Origin: a virus
Lineage: Duplodnaviria > Caudoviricetes
DNA: 64,000 bases
Strand: one strand, 5' to 3'
Virus record (IMG/VR): IMGVR_UViG_3300017814_000051
Span: 1 to 64,000 of that record
The first letter of the stretch is position 1, and each line of letters begins with the position of its first letter. The notes under the pieces are model-generated. The model did not search any database and had not been told where the DNA came from. It saw only the letters and a list, made by a program, of their open reading frames with translations. Both the position numbers and the translations under genes were made by a program. This document shows positions 47,874-56,600 of the stretch, piece by piece.

Positions 47874-48083
47874 ATGCTTACATATAAAGAAATCGAAAAT
47901 ATAGTCGCATGCGCAATGGAAAAGTACAGGAAAGAAAAAGCTGCGACAGGATGGAACAAAGAAGATCTGCAAAATGCCATAGATGATCTCGGCGGTGACA
48001 AGGCGGATCTTTATCGTGCGATGTCTGTAGCGATGGACATTTGCATTGGAAATAAGGAAGAAAACGAACACATACTTTCATAA
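47874..48083 (+). CDS. Hypothetical protein
   Basis: 69-aa ORF with AG-rich RBS followed by a hairpin terminator. Confidence 0.55.
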   Translation: MLTYKEIENIVACAMEKYRKEKAATGWNKEDLQNAIDDLGGDKADLYRAMSVAMDICIGNKEENEHILS

Positions 48084-48106
48084 GTAAATAAGAGAATATC
48101 TTTTCA

Positions 48107-48140
48107 GAGCATCTACCGGAAAACGGCAGGTGCTTTTATT
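48107..48140 (+). terminator. Intrinsic terminator after the moron
   Basis: AGCATCTACCG-GAAAA-CGGCAGGTGCT followed by a T-tract. Confidence 0.65.
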
Positions 48141-48170
48141 ATGTCCATTTTTGGGACAAAGGAGGTGCCT

Positions 48171-49436
48171 ATGAGCATTTTTAGCGGTTTATTCAGATCA
48201 AGGGACAAGCCTGAGAACCGTACAGCGGGAAACGCATTCAGCTTTTTCCTGGGGAACAGCACGAGTGGTAAAAGAGTGACCGAAAGATCTGCGATGCAGA
48301 TGACGGCGGTCTATTCATGCGTCCGTATACTATCGGAGTCGATCGCAAGCCTGCCGATCCATGTCTACAGCTATCGTGAAGACGGAGGAAAAGAAAAGGC
48401 AACGGATCAGCCGCTGTATTTCCTGCTGCATGATGAGCCGAATCCTGAAATGACATCATTTATATTCAGAGAAACGCTCATGACGCATCTGCTCCTTTGG
48501 GGCAATGCATACGCTCAGATCATAAGGAACGGCAAGGGGGAGATCATAGGACTGTATCCGCTGATGCCTAACCGCATGAGTGTTGACAGAGATGATAAAG
48601 GTCAGCTGTATTACGAATATACGCTGACTAATGATGATGCTCCAACAATGAAGGGCAGCACGGTGAGACTGTCACCATCCGATGTGCTGCATATACCGGG
48701 ACTGGGTTTTGACGGACTTGTCGGATATTCTCCTATAGCGATGGCCAAGAACGCGATAGGTCTTGCCATTGCAACGGAAGAATATGGCTCTAAGTTCTTT
48801 GCGAACGGTGCAGCGCCAAGCGGTGTGCTTGAACATCCGGGGACACTTAAGGACCCGGCAAAGATAAGAGAAAGCTGGCAGCAGACATTTGGCGGAAGTT
48901 CCAATGCGCATAAGGTGGCGGTACTTGAAGAAGGAATGAAATACACTCCTATATCGATATCACCGGAACAGGCGCAGTTCCTTGAAACAAGGAAATTCCA
49001 GATAGATGAGATAGCAAGGATATTCAGAGTGCCGCCCCATATGGTCGGTGACCTTGAAAGAAGCACGTTCTCAAATATCGAGCAGCAGTCACTGGAGTTC
49101 GTCAAATACACGCTCGATCCGTGGGTGTCAAGGTGGGAGCAGGCAATAACGAGGTCGCTCTTTACACCGGATGAGAAAAAGAAATACTTTGTAAAGTTCA
49201 ATCTTGACGGACTGCTGAGAGGAGATTATCAGAGCCGCATGAACGGATATGCGGTAGGACGGCAAAACGGATGGATGTCCGCAAACGACATCCGCGAACT
49301 TGAAAACCTTGACCGTATCCCTGAGGAAGAAGGCGGTGACCTTTATCTCATAAACGGAAATATGACGAAACTTGAAGATGCAGGACTGTTTGCGGGGACT
49401 GCGGGAAAGGAGGAGAACACTGATGGGAACAAATAA
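48171..49436 (+). CDS. Phage portal protein (HK97 family)
   Basis: AVYSCVRIL, PNPEMT, LLWGNAY, GYSPI, IARIFRVPP, ANDIRELENL. Confidence 0.95.
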   Translation: MSIFSGLFRSRDKPENRTAGNAFSFFLGNSTSGKRVTERSAMQMTAVYSCVRILSESIASLPIHVYSYREDGGKEKATDQPLYFLLHDEPNPEMTSFIFRETLMTHLLLWGNAYAQIIRNGKGEIIGLYPLMPNRMSVDRDDKGQLYYEYTLTNDDAPTMKGSTVRLSPSDVLHIPGLGFDGLVGYSPIAMAKNAIGLAIATEEYGSKFFANGAAPSGVLEHPGTLKDPAKIRESWQQTFGGSSNAHKVAVLEEGMKYTPISISPEQAQFLETRKFQIDEIARIFRVPPHMVGDLERSTFSNIEQQSLEFVKYTLDPWVSRWEQAITRSLFTPDEKKKYFVKFNLDGLLRGDYQSRMNGYAVGRQNGWMSANDIRELENLDRIPEEEGGDLYLINGNMTKLEDAGLFAGTAGKEENTDGNK

Positions 49437-50178
49437 GTTCTGGAAGTGGAAGAACAGAATAATATCCGATCAGGAGGGTGAAGGCAGCGTTACCGAAAGG
49501 ACGCTGTTTTTAAATGGCACGATAGCCGAGGAAAGCTGGTTCGATGATGATGTGACACCTGCACTTTTCAAAGATGAACTTGTAAGCGGAGAGGGTGACA
49601 TAACTGTATGGATCAACTCACCTGGTGGTGACTGCGTAGCAGCGGCACAGATCTACAACATGCTGATGGACTATAAAGGAGACGTCACGGTAAAGATAGA
49701 CGGTATCGCGGCATCGGCCGCATCCGTGATCGCAATGGCGGGAACGAAAGTCCTTGTATCACCTGTATCCATGATGATGATCCATAACCCGGCAACGATA
49801 GCATTCGGTGACACCGGAGAGATGCAGAAAGCAATATCCATGCTATCGGAAGTAAAGGAATCCATCATAAATGCCTATGAGATCAAGTCAGGCATGAGCC
49901 GGGCTAAGCTTGCAAGGCTAATGGACGAAGAAACATGGATGGATGCAAGGAAGGCCGTGGAACTTGGATTTGCCGACGAGATCTTAAAAAGAGACACGGC
50001 AGATCTAAACGATGAGCCTGCAATGACGGATACGCTGTATTCGCCTGCAAGGGTGACCAACTCACTGATGGATAAGATAGCGGCAAAATGCCGCATCGAA
50101 GGTAAACAAGTAACTGAAGACAAAGTGAAAGCCGATACGCTTATCGCACGGCTCGATCTTTTAAAGAACTGGAGGTAA
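49423..50178 (+). CDS. ClpP-like head maturation protease
   Basis: INSPGGD, AASAASVIAMAG, MMIHNP, ETWM.A..AVELGFAD. Confidence 0.95.
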   Translation: MGTNKFWKWKNRIISDQEGEGSVTERTLFLNGTIAEESWFDDDVTPALFKDELVSGEGDITVWINSPGGDCVAAAQIYNMLMDYKGDVTVKIDGIAASAASVIAMAGTKVLVSPVSMMMIHNPATIAFGDTGEMQKAISMLSEVKESIINAYEIKSGMSRAKLARLMDEETWMDARKAVELGFADEILKRDTADLNDEPAMTDTLYSPARVTNSLMDKIAAKCRIEGKQVTEDKVKADTLIARLDLLKNWR

Positions 50179-50184
50179 CAGGAT

Positions 50185-51378
50185 ATGAATACTATTCTAG
50201 AAATGATGGAAAAAAGGAACGAGGCCTGGGAAGGCGCAAAGGCATTCGTTGAAAGCAAGCGTGACAAAGACGGACTTCTTTCAGAAGAGGATGCCAATAC
50301 CTATGCGGGCATGGAGAAAAAAGTAAAGGATTACGGCGCAGAGATCGAAAGGCTCCGCAGTATGGAGGCTATGGAAGATGAACTGAAGAAGCCGGTCAGC
50401 AAACCAATAATCAGTAAGCCGCTCAAAGAAAATGACGATAAGCCTGAAAAAACAGGTCGTGCGTCTGATGAATACAGAAAGGGCATGCTCATGGCTCTGC
50501 GTTCAAACTTCAAGCATGTCAGCGATGTGCTGCAGGAGGGAGTCGATACGGACGGAGGATATCTCGTCCCGGACGAATATGATTCCAGGCTCATCGATGT
50601 ACTAAGTGAGCAGAACATCATGAGGCAGCTCGGTACGATCATCACCACAAGCGGTGAGCATAAGATAAACATCGCAGCCACGAAACCGGCGGCGCTGTGG
50701 GTAGAGGAAGGCGGTGCACTCACATTCGGTGATGCGACCTTCTCACAGATCATCATGGATGCACACAAACTCCATGTGGCGATCAAGATAACGAATGAAC
50801 TTCTTTATGACAATGCGTTCAACCTCGAAAGCTATATCCTTGACCAGTTCGGCAAGGCTCTGGCTAATACTGAGGAGGACGCATTTTTAAATGGAGATGG
50901 CAAGGGCAAGCCTCTGGGCCTGTTCGCGGAAACAGGCGGCGGTCAGGCTACAGCAGTAACAAGCGGCGCGAATATTTCAGCCGATGACATCATAAGCCTT
51001 GTATATACGCTGAAGCGTCCGTACAGACAGAATGCGAAGTTCATCTTGAATGACCAGACTATTTCATCCATAAGGAAACTTAAGGACAATAACGGCGCAT
51101 ACATGTGGCAGCCGTCAGCCCAGGCAGGCGAACCGGACAGACTCTTCGGATATGAAGTCTACACATCGGCATACGCACCGCTTGCAGAAGCAGGAAAACC
51201 GGCTGTTGCGTTCGGTGACTTCTCTTATTACAACATCGGTGACAGAGGCACTCGTTCATTCCAGGAACTCAAAGAACTCTTCGCAGGCAATGATATGACA
51301 GGCTATATCGCAAAAGAGCGTGTAGACGGAAAACTTATCCTGCCGGAAGCAGTGCAGATCCTGAAGATGAAAGCGTGA
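50185..51378 (+). CDS. Major capsid protein (HK97 fold)
   Basis: DGGYLVP, AFLNGDG..KPLG, LKDNNG.Y.WQP, FGDFSYY, RVDGKL. Confidence 0.95.
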   Translation: MNTILEMMEKRNEAWEGAKAFVESKRDKDGLLSEEDANTYAGMEKKVKDYGAEIERLRSMEAMEDELKKPVSKPIISKPLKENDDKPEKTGRASDEYRKGMLMALRSNFKHVSDVLQEGVDTDGGYLVPDEYDSRLIDVLSEQNIMRQLGTIITTSGEHKINIAATKPAALWVEEGGALTFGDATFSQIIMDAHKLHVAIKITNELLYDNAFNLESYILDQFGKALANTEEDAFLNGDGKGKPLGLFAETGGGQATAVTSGANISADDIISLVYTLKRPYRQNAKFILNDQTISSIRKLKDNNGAYMWQPSAQAGEPDRLFGYEVYTSAYAPLAEAGKPAVAFGDFSYYNIGDRGTRSFQELKELFAGNDMTGYIAKERVDGKLILPEAVQILKMKA

Positions 51379-51432
51379 TGCTAAATGGGCAGCGTCATAA
51401 CGGCGCTGCCATATTTTTTGGAGGTGATGCGT

Positions 51433-51708
51433 ATGTTCGTCACGCTTGATGAAATGAAGAATTATCTGAGAGTGGACCACACTGATGATGACGAACTCAT
51501 AGGACACATCCTTGAATCAGCGGAGCGCGTATGCATGGATATCGTTAGAACGGACGACAGTGCAAAATTCGAGGAAATGGTCAATGCAAGGACTGCGGTC
51601 ATGTATACGGCTGCATATTTTTATGAGCATAGAGAAGAGGCTGATTTCCACGAATTAACGCTGATGCTCAGAAGCCTGTTGTCAGGCAGCAGGGAGGCGG
51701 GATTTTAA
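51433..51708 (+). CDS. Head-tail connector (gp6-like)
   Basis: TLDEMKNYLRVD..DDD.LI, YEHRE. Confidence 0.9.
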   Translation: MFVTLDEMKNYLRVDHTDDDELIGHILESAERVCMDIVRTDDSAKFEEMVNARTAVMYTAAYFYEHREEADFHELTLMLRSLLSGSREAGF

Positions 51709-52040
51709 TGAATATCGCACTTCTCAATACAAGAGTAACATTCCAGAAGCAGCTGACCGAGATTGACGATATAAGTAATCACGTAAACTCATGGACAGAA
51801 TATTTCACATGCGCTGCAACGATCAGCGGTGAGGGCGGCAGTGAATCATATCAGGCGGCTGAGACCAATGAAAAGTCGGATATATGCGTAACTGTGAGAT
51901 GGTGCAAAAAGACCGCTGAAATAAAGTCAACTGAATACCGCGTAATGTTTGACGGAGAAATTTACGACATACTCTCAGTAGATCATTTCAGCTATAAGAA
52001 GGATGCAGTCAAATTCCGGTGCATAAAGGTGAAGAGATGA
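51708..52040 (+). CDS. Head closure / head-tail adaptor protein
   Basis: LLNTRVTFQK, YRVMFDGEIYDI; synteny. Confidence 0.85.
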   Translation: MNIALLNTRVTFQKQLTEIDDISNHVNSWTEYFTCAATISGEGGSESYQAAETNEKSDICVTVRWCKKTAEIKSTEYRVMFDGEIYDILSVDHFSYKKDAVKFRCIKVKR

Positions 52041-52408
52041 AGATAGAAGATCTGGCGGATGCCATTGAGGATGAACTGAATATCTATGCAAAAGGCAGCG
52101 CTGCAGTCGTAAAGAATGCTGTGAAGGATACTGCAAAGGAAATAAAGGATGGCATCGCCGCAGGTGCACCGGTAGGTGTCACCGGAAAATACGCAAAGAG
52201 CTGGAGAGTAAAGAAAACAGCAGAAACTGATACGAGTGTCTCCTATATCATACACGCAAACAAGGATGGATATCGCCTGGCACACCTTCTGGAGTTCGGT
52301 CATGTAAATCGTGACGGTGGACGCACAGACGCGAAAGAACATATTGGTCCTGCAGAGAAGAAGGGTAAGGCATCAATAGAAAAGAAGATAAGGAGCGGGT
52401 TGAAATGA
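52037..52408 (+). CDS. HK97 gp10-family protein
   Basis: APV..TG.Y.KSW, YRLAHLLEFGH, HIGPAE. Confidence 0.85.
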   Translation: MKIEDLADAIEDELNIYAKGSAAVVKNAVKDTAKEIKDGIAAGAPVGVTGKYAKSWRVKKTAETDTSVSYIIHANKDGYRLAHLLEFGHVNRDGGRTDAKEHIGPAEKKGKASIEKKIRSGLK

Positions 52409-52722
52409 CAGTAGCAGAGATACTTAAGGACACAGGCCTTCCGTACGCGTATGACCACTTTGCGGAAGGCGAGTCACCGAAACCGCCCTTTGCCGTGTAC
52501 TACCATCCTGAGAGCACCAATTTCGGTGCAGACAACATCGTATGGTCAAGAGCGGATACGGTCTACCTGGAACTTTATACAGATAAAAAAGATATAGAAA
52601 CTGAAAACATTATAGAAAAAGCACTGATGCAGAATGGGATCTACTGGGATAAGTCTGAGACCTGGATAGATTCGGAAAAACTGTACGAGGTGCTTTATTC
52701 ATTTGGAACGGAGGGATTTTAA
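52405..52722 (+). CDS. Putative tail terminator/completion protein
   Basis: LPYAYDHFAEGE.P.PPF, ELYTDKKD, WIDSEKLYEV; synteny. Confidence 0.75.
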   Translation: MTVAEILKDTGLPYAYDHFAEGESPKPPFAVYYHPESTNFGADNIVWSRADTVYLELYTDKKDIETENIIEKALMQNGIYWDKSETWIDSEKLYEVLYSFGTEGF

Positions 52723-53336
52723 TGTCCGACAGCAATAAGATCACATACGGTCTTTCCAATGTGCATGTATGGCCGATAACATCGGTCACAGCAGATGGGA
52801 AACCGACATACGGCACTGTTATAAACATGCCGGGAGCAATTGAAATGTCACTTTCAGCAGAAGGTGATACCGCGACATTCTATGCGGACAACATATTGTA
52901 CTGGACGGCAGAAGCCAACAACGGATACAGCGGTTCACTTACGATCGCGGAGATGCCGGAAGATTTTGCACAGAAAGTGCTCAATCAGATAAAAGACAAC
53001 AACGGTGTATTGATAGAAGATTCTACAGCGACAGGGACTGAGTTTGCGATGGCATTCGAGTTTGAAGGAGACATCAACAAGAAGAGGATACTGTTCTACC
53101 GCTGCACAGCGGGGAGACCTGATGTTGGTTCATCATCCAAGGAAGACAAGATCGAACCGAACAAGCAGGAGATCTCCATCAAAGCATCACCAAGGCTCGA
53201 TAACCATTACGTGAAGGCAAGCGTTGCGGATGCATCATCCACGGCATATTCGGCATGGTACGGCGCATCACCGTATGAAGCAGTGACGACAACAGTATCA
53301 GCTTCAAAGACAAGCACTTCGACTTCCGGGTCTTAA
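52722..53336 (+). CDS. Major tail protein (phi13 family)
   Basis: YGLSNVH, FYADN, NNGYSG, FAMAFEFEGD, Y.CTA.RP. Confidence 0.9.
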   Translation: MSDSNKITYGLSNVHVWPITSVTADGKPTYGTVINMPGAIEMSLSAEGDTATFYADNILYWTAEANNGYSGSLTIAEMPEDFAQKVLNQIKDNNGVLIEDSTATGTEFAMAFEFEGDINKKRILFYRCTAGRPDVGSSSKEDKIEPNKQEISIKASPRLDNHYVKASVADASSTAYSAWYGASPYEAVTTTVSASKTSTSTSGS

Positions 53337-53352
53337 AGGAGGCATTTAAAGG

Positions 53353-53802
53353 ATGATAAAGAATATTGAGATAGCAGGCAAAGATGTCAAATTCGATACA
53401 TCATTGTCATGGATGTTCCTGTATAAGACACAGTTCGGCAGTGATCCCATAGACATCATCATGCCGGCGATCAAGGCGGCGGTGCCGCTCTTTGAGAATG
53501 CCGGGAATACTTTAACAGCCGCAGATATAGACATGATCACGGATGTGCTTTCAGAAATGAATGTCACTGAAGGACTGCAGCTTATTTGGGCGCTTGCGGC
53601 GAACGCAGAAAAAGATATAGATGAACCTTCTGCATGGTATCACGAATTCGATACGTTCCCGCTTGATGAGATACTCGCCGGCATCGTGCCGGCAATAGTC
53701 GAATCATGCCTAAGTACAAAAAAATTCCAGGCACTGTCTCAGGCGGCAAAGAAGGCAGTGCCGAAGAAGCGAACATCGAGAGCATCCTCACGGCAGGCCT
53801 GA
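53353..53802 (+). CDS. Tail assembly chaperone (gpG-like)
   Basis: Between major tail and TMP; W...FDTFPL; A7 run near the 3' end. Confidence 0.75.
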   Translation: MIKNIEIAGKDVKFDTSLSWMFLYKTQFGSDPIDIIMPAIKAAVPLFENAGNTLTAADIDMITDVLSEMNVTEGLQLIWALAANAEKDIDEPSAWYHEFDTFPLDEILAGIVPAIVESCLSTKKFQALSQAAKKAVPKKRTSRASSRQA

Positions 53803-53942
53803 TGCGGGGTCTTCGTATGAATGATACGAGGACGATGACGCTCGGAATGTGGATAGATTACATCATCGAGTGGAACAGCATCAATATGCCAGACGGAAAT
53901 ACGAACAGGAAGGCAACGCAGGAAGACTTCGATAAGTTCTGA
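53718..53942 (+). CDS. Frameshift extension of the tail chaperone (gpGT-like, -1 frame)
   Basis: Open -1 frame after A AAA AAA (53718-53724) ending MTLGM..D...ATQEDFDKF. Confidence 0.6.
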   Translation, partial: KKIPGTVSGGKEGSAEEANIESILTAGLMRGLRMNDTRTMTLGMWIDYIIEWNSINMPDGNTNRKATQEDFDKF

Positions 53943-53986
53943 TCGTGCTGCCAGCACGATAGATAAAAGGGAAGGAGGGCCAAGTC

Positions 53987-56599
53987 ATGGCTGGAAATAT
54001 AAAAGGTATAACCATCGAACTGAACGGGGACACCACTAAGCTTGATAAGGCTCTCCGTGAAGTGGGAAAAGAAACAAGGACCGTTCAGCGTCAGCTTTCT
54101 GAAGTGGAGAAGGCGCTGAAACTGGATCCTGGGAATACTGACCTCATAAAACAGAAACAGAGACTTTTAGGCGAAGAGATACAGTCGACAAAAGACAAAC
54201 TTGGTATGTTGCGGCAGGCTGACCAGGATGTTTCAAAAGACATGGGAAAGGGGACTGCGGGCGCTGCTGAAAAGCACAGTGAACTGCAGAGACAGATTAC
54301 CGTTACGGAATCCAAGGAAAAGGCGCTTCAGAAAGAGTTCGACAAACTGAAAGGTGTGTCAGGAGACACATTAAAGATAGCCGCAGGATTCGAAAATGCG
54401 GGAACAAAGATCAAGTCGGTCAGTGATAAGGTCGGCAGCATCGGCAAAGGCATGACAAAAGGTGTCACGGCACCGGTAGTCGCAGTAGGTGCGGCAAGTG
54501 CTAAAGCTTTTACCGAAGTCGACGATGCAATGGATACGGTGGTCAAAAAGACAGGAGCATCCGGCAAGTCTCTCGATTCCATGAAAAAGAACGTGGAGAA
54601 CATAGCAACGAGCATCCCCACGACCTTTCAGGCCGCAGGCGACGCAGTAGGTGAAGTCAATACAAGATTCCATCTGACGGGCAAATCTTTAGAGAGCGTA
54701 TCTGCGCAGTTCGTCAAATTCGCAGATATAAACAATGCGGATGTGACGGATTCAGTTCGCGGAGCGCAGATGGTGATGTCAGCGTTCGGACTTAAAACAA
54801 AAGACACAGGCTCACTTCTCGGTGTGTTCACAAGCGTATCGCAGAAGACCGGTGTATCGGTCACTGACCTTATGAACTCACTTGTGCAGAACGGCGCAAC
54901 ATTCCGTGATATGGGACTTTCAGCACAGAATGCCGCTACGCTCCTCGGTAATTTTGAAGCCGCCGGCATCGACTCCAATACTGCAATGGGATCTTTAAAG
55001 AAAGCCATGACGGCATTCCAGAGCAAAGGCATCGATGTAAATAAGGGGCTAAAAGATCTGATAGGCAGTCTGTCAGACGGCAAGGTAACGACAAAGGATT
55101 ATAACTATGCGGTCAGCATACTCGGTAAGAGGGGCGCTGATGCATTCGTAGATATGGCTAAGAGCGGAAGACTGTCGCTTAAGGGTCTGTCTTCAAATCT
55201 GTCTGATTACGGTTCTACAGTTGATGACACATTCAAAGGAACACTTGATCCGATAGACCAGGCGAAAGTCGCGCTCAACAATCTGAAGGTGACGGGCGCA
55301 CAGATATTCACATCGCTTCAGGAGATAATAGCTCCTATGCTTCAAACACTTAATTCTAAGCTTCAGGCGCTCAATAAATGGTGGCAGACGCTTTCACCCG
55401 GTATGCAGCAGGCAATCATAAAGACAATGATGATAGCAGCTGCCATAGGGCCATTGCTTATCGGTGTTGCAAAGATAGGTTCAGCCATAGGCACCATTGC
55501 CGGCGGAATAGGTAATATGATAACCATCGGCTCTAAGATGGCTGCTGTCTTTTCAAACGTAGGCGGCATGGCGGGCATCATGGGCAAGGCAATAGGATTC
55601 ATTACAAGTCCTGTCGGTATCGTGATAGCCGCGATCCTGGCTGCGATAGTAGTAGGTGTACTTCTATACAAGAACTGGGACAAGATCAAGGCAGCGGCTC
55701 AGAAAGTATTCACGGCCATAAAGAATGTCATTGTGCCGGTGATGAACACGATAAAGAATGTGATAAATACGGTATGGAACGGGATAAAATCATTTTTCAT
55801 AACTGTATTTTCAGCCATTGGTAAAGCCGTACTCTTGTATTTCAGCGCATATCTCACAGTTATAAGAACGATACTGAATGTGATAGGAACAGTCGTAAGG
55901 GCAGTATGGCTCGGCATAAAAACGGTGATCACTACCGTTGTAAGATCCATAAAGACTGTTGTGAGTGGTGCATGGAGAGGCATCAAGGCGGTAACTCTTG
56001 CGGTGTTCGGTGCGATAAAGTCTGTAGCAAGGACTGTCTGGAACGGCATAAAGATGGCTGTCCTGACTCCGGTGCGGGCAATAAAATCTGTTGTCACATC
56101 GATCTGGCAGGGGATAAAAAGTGTGACAGTAAGCGTCTGGAACGGCATAAAGAATGCCATAACAAAGCCTATAGAGATTGCAAAGAACATCATAAAGAGG
56201 ATCGTGGATACCATAAAAGGTTTCTTTCATTTCAGAATAAGTCTTCCAAAGATACCAATGCCGCATTTTTCCGTCATACCTTCCGGGTGGAAACTCGGAG
56301 ACCTTCTAAAGGGCAAGATCCCGCATCTTGGCATCAAGTGGTATGCGGAAGGCGGGATACTTAAAAAGCCTATGGCATTTGGCACATCGGGAAACGATAT
56401 CCTTGCAGGAGGAGAAGCCGGGTATGAAGCGGTAGCTCCGATAGATACCCTGAAAGGTTATGTCCGTGATGCCGTGGCAGAGGCAGGCGGCGGCGGTCAG
56501 GTGTTCAATATTTCGATGACAGTGAACGGGGCGAACGACCCGGAAGACTGGGCAGCGCAGTTCGCAAAGAGCCTGAAACGGCAGATGAGGATGGGATGA
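53987..56599 (+). CDS. Tail tape measure protein
   Basis: IKGITIELNGDTTKL start, Ala/Gly-rich hydrophobic middle, periodic W.GIK repeats, WYAEGG...GGEAG.EAV.P. Confidence 0.95.
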   Translation: MAGNIKGITIELNGDTTKLDKALREVGKETRTVQRQLSEVEKALKLDPGNTDLIKQKQRLLGEEIQSTKDKLGMLRQADQDVSKDMGKGTAGAAEKHSELQRQITVTESKEKALQKEFDKLKGVSGDTLKIAAGFENAGTKIKSVSDKVGSIGKGMTKGVTAPVVAVGAASAKAFTEVDDAMDTVVKKTGASGKSLDSMKKNVENIATSIPTTFQAAGDAVGEVNTRFHLTGKSLESVSAQFVKFADINNADVTDSVRGAQMVMSAFGLKTKDTGSLLGVFTSVSQKTGVSVTDLMNSLVQNGATFRDMGLSAQNAATLLGNFEAAGIDSNTAMGSLKKAMTAFQSKGIDVNKGLKDLIGSLSDGKVTTKDYNYAVSILGKRGADAFVDMAKSGRLSLKGLSSNLSDYGSTVDDTFKGTLDPIDQAKVALNNLKVTGAQIFTSLQEIIAPMLQTLNSKLQALNKWWQTLSPGMQQAIIKTMMIAAAIGPLLIGVAKIGSAIGTIAGGIGNMITIGSKMAAVFSNVGGMAGIMGKAIGFITSPVGIVIAAILAAIVVGVLLYKNWDKIKAAAQKVFTAIKNVIVPVMNTIKNVINTVWNGIKSFFITVFSAIGKAVLLYFSAYLTVIRTILNVIGTVVRAVWLGIKTVITTVVRSIKTVVSGAWRGIKAVTLAVFGAIKSVARTVWNGIKMAVLTPVRAIKSVVTSIWQGIKSVTVSVWNGIKNAITKPIEIAKNIIKRIVDTIKGFFHFRISLPKIPMPHFSVIPSGWKLGDLLKGKIPHLGIKWYAEGGILKKPMAFGTSGNDILAGGEAGYEAVAPIDTLKGYVRDAVAEAGGGGQVFNISMTVNGANDPEDWAAQFAKSLKRQMRMG

Positions 56600-56600
56600 A

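Noticed and set aside
55680-56220. Periodic repeats in the tape measure gene and long antisense ORFs
   Set aside because: Ordinary TMP amphipathic repeats; antisense ORFs here and across the window are shadows of real genes without RBS or motifs
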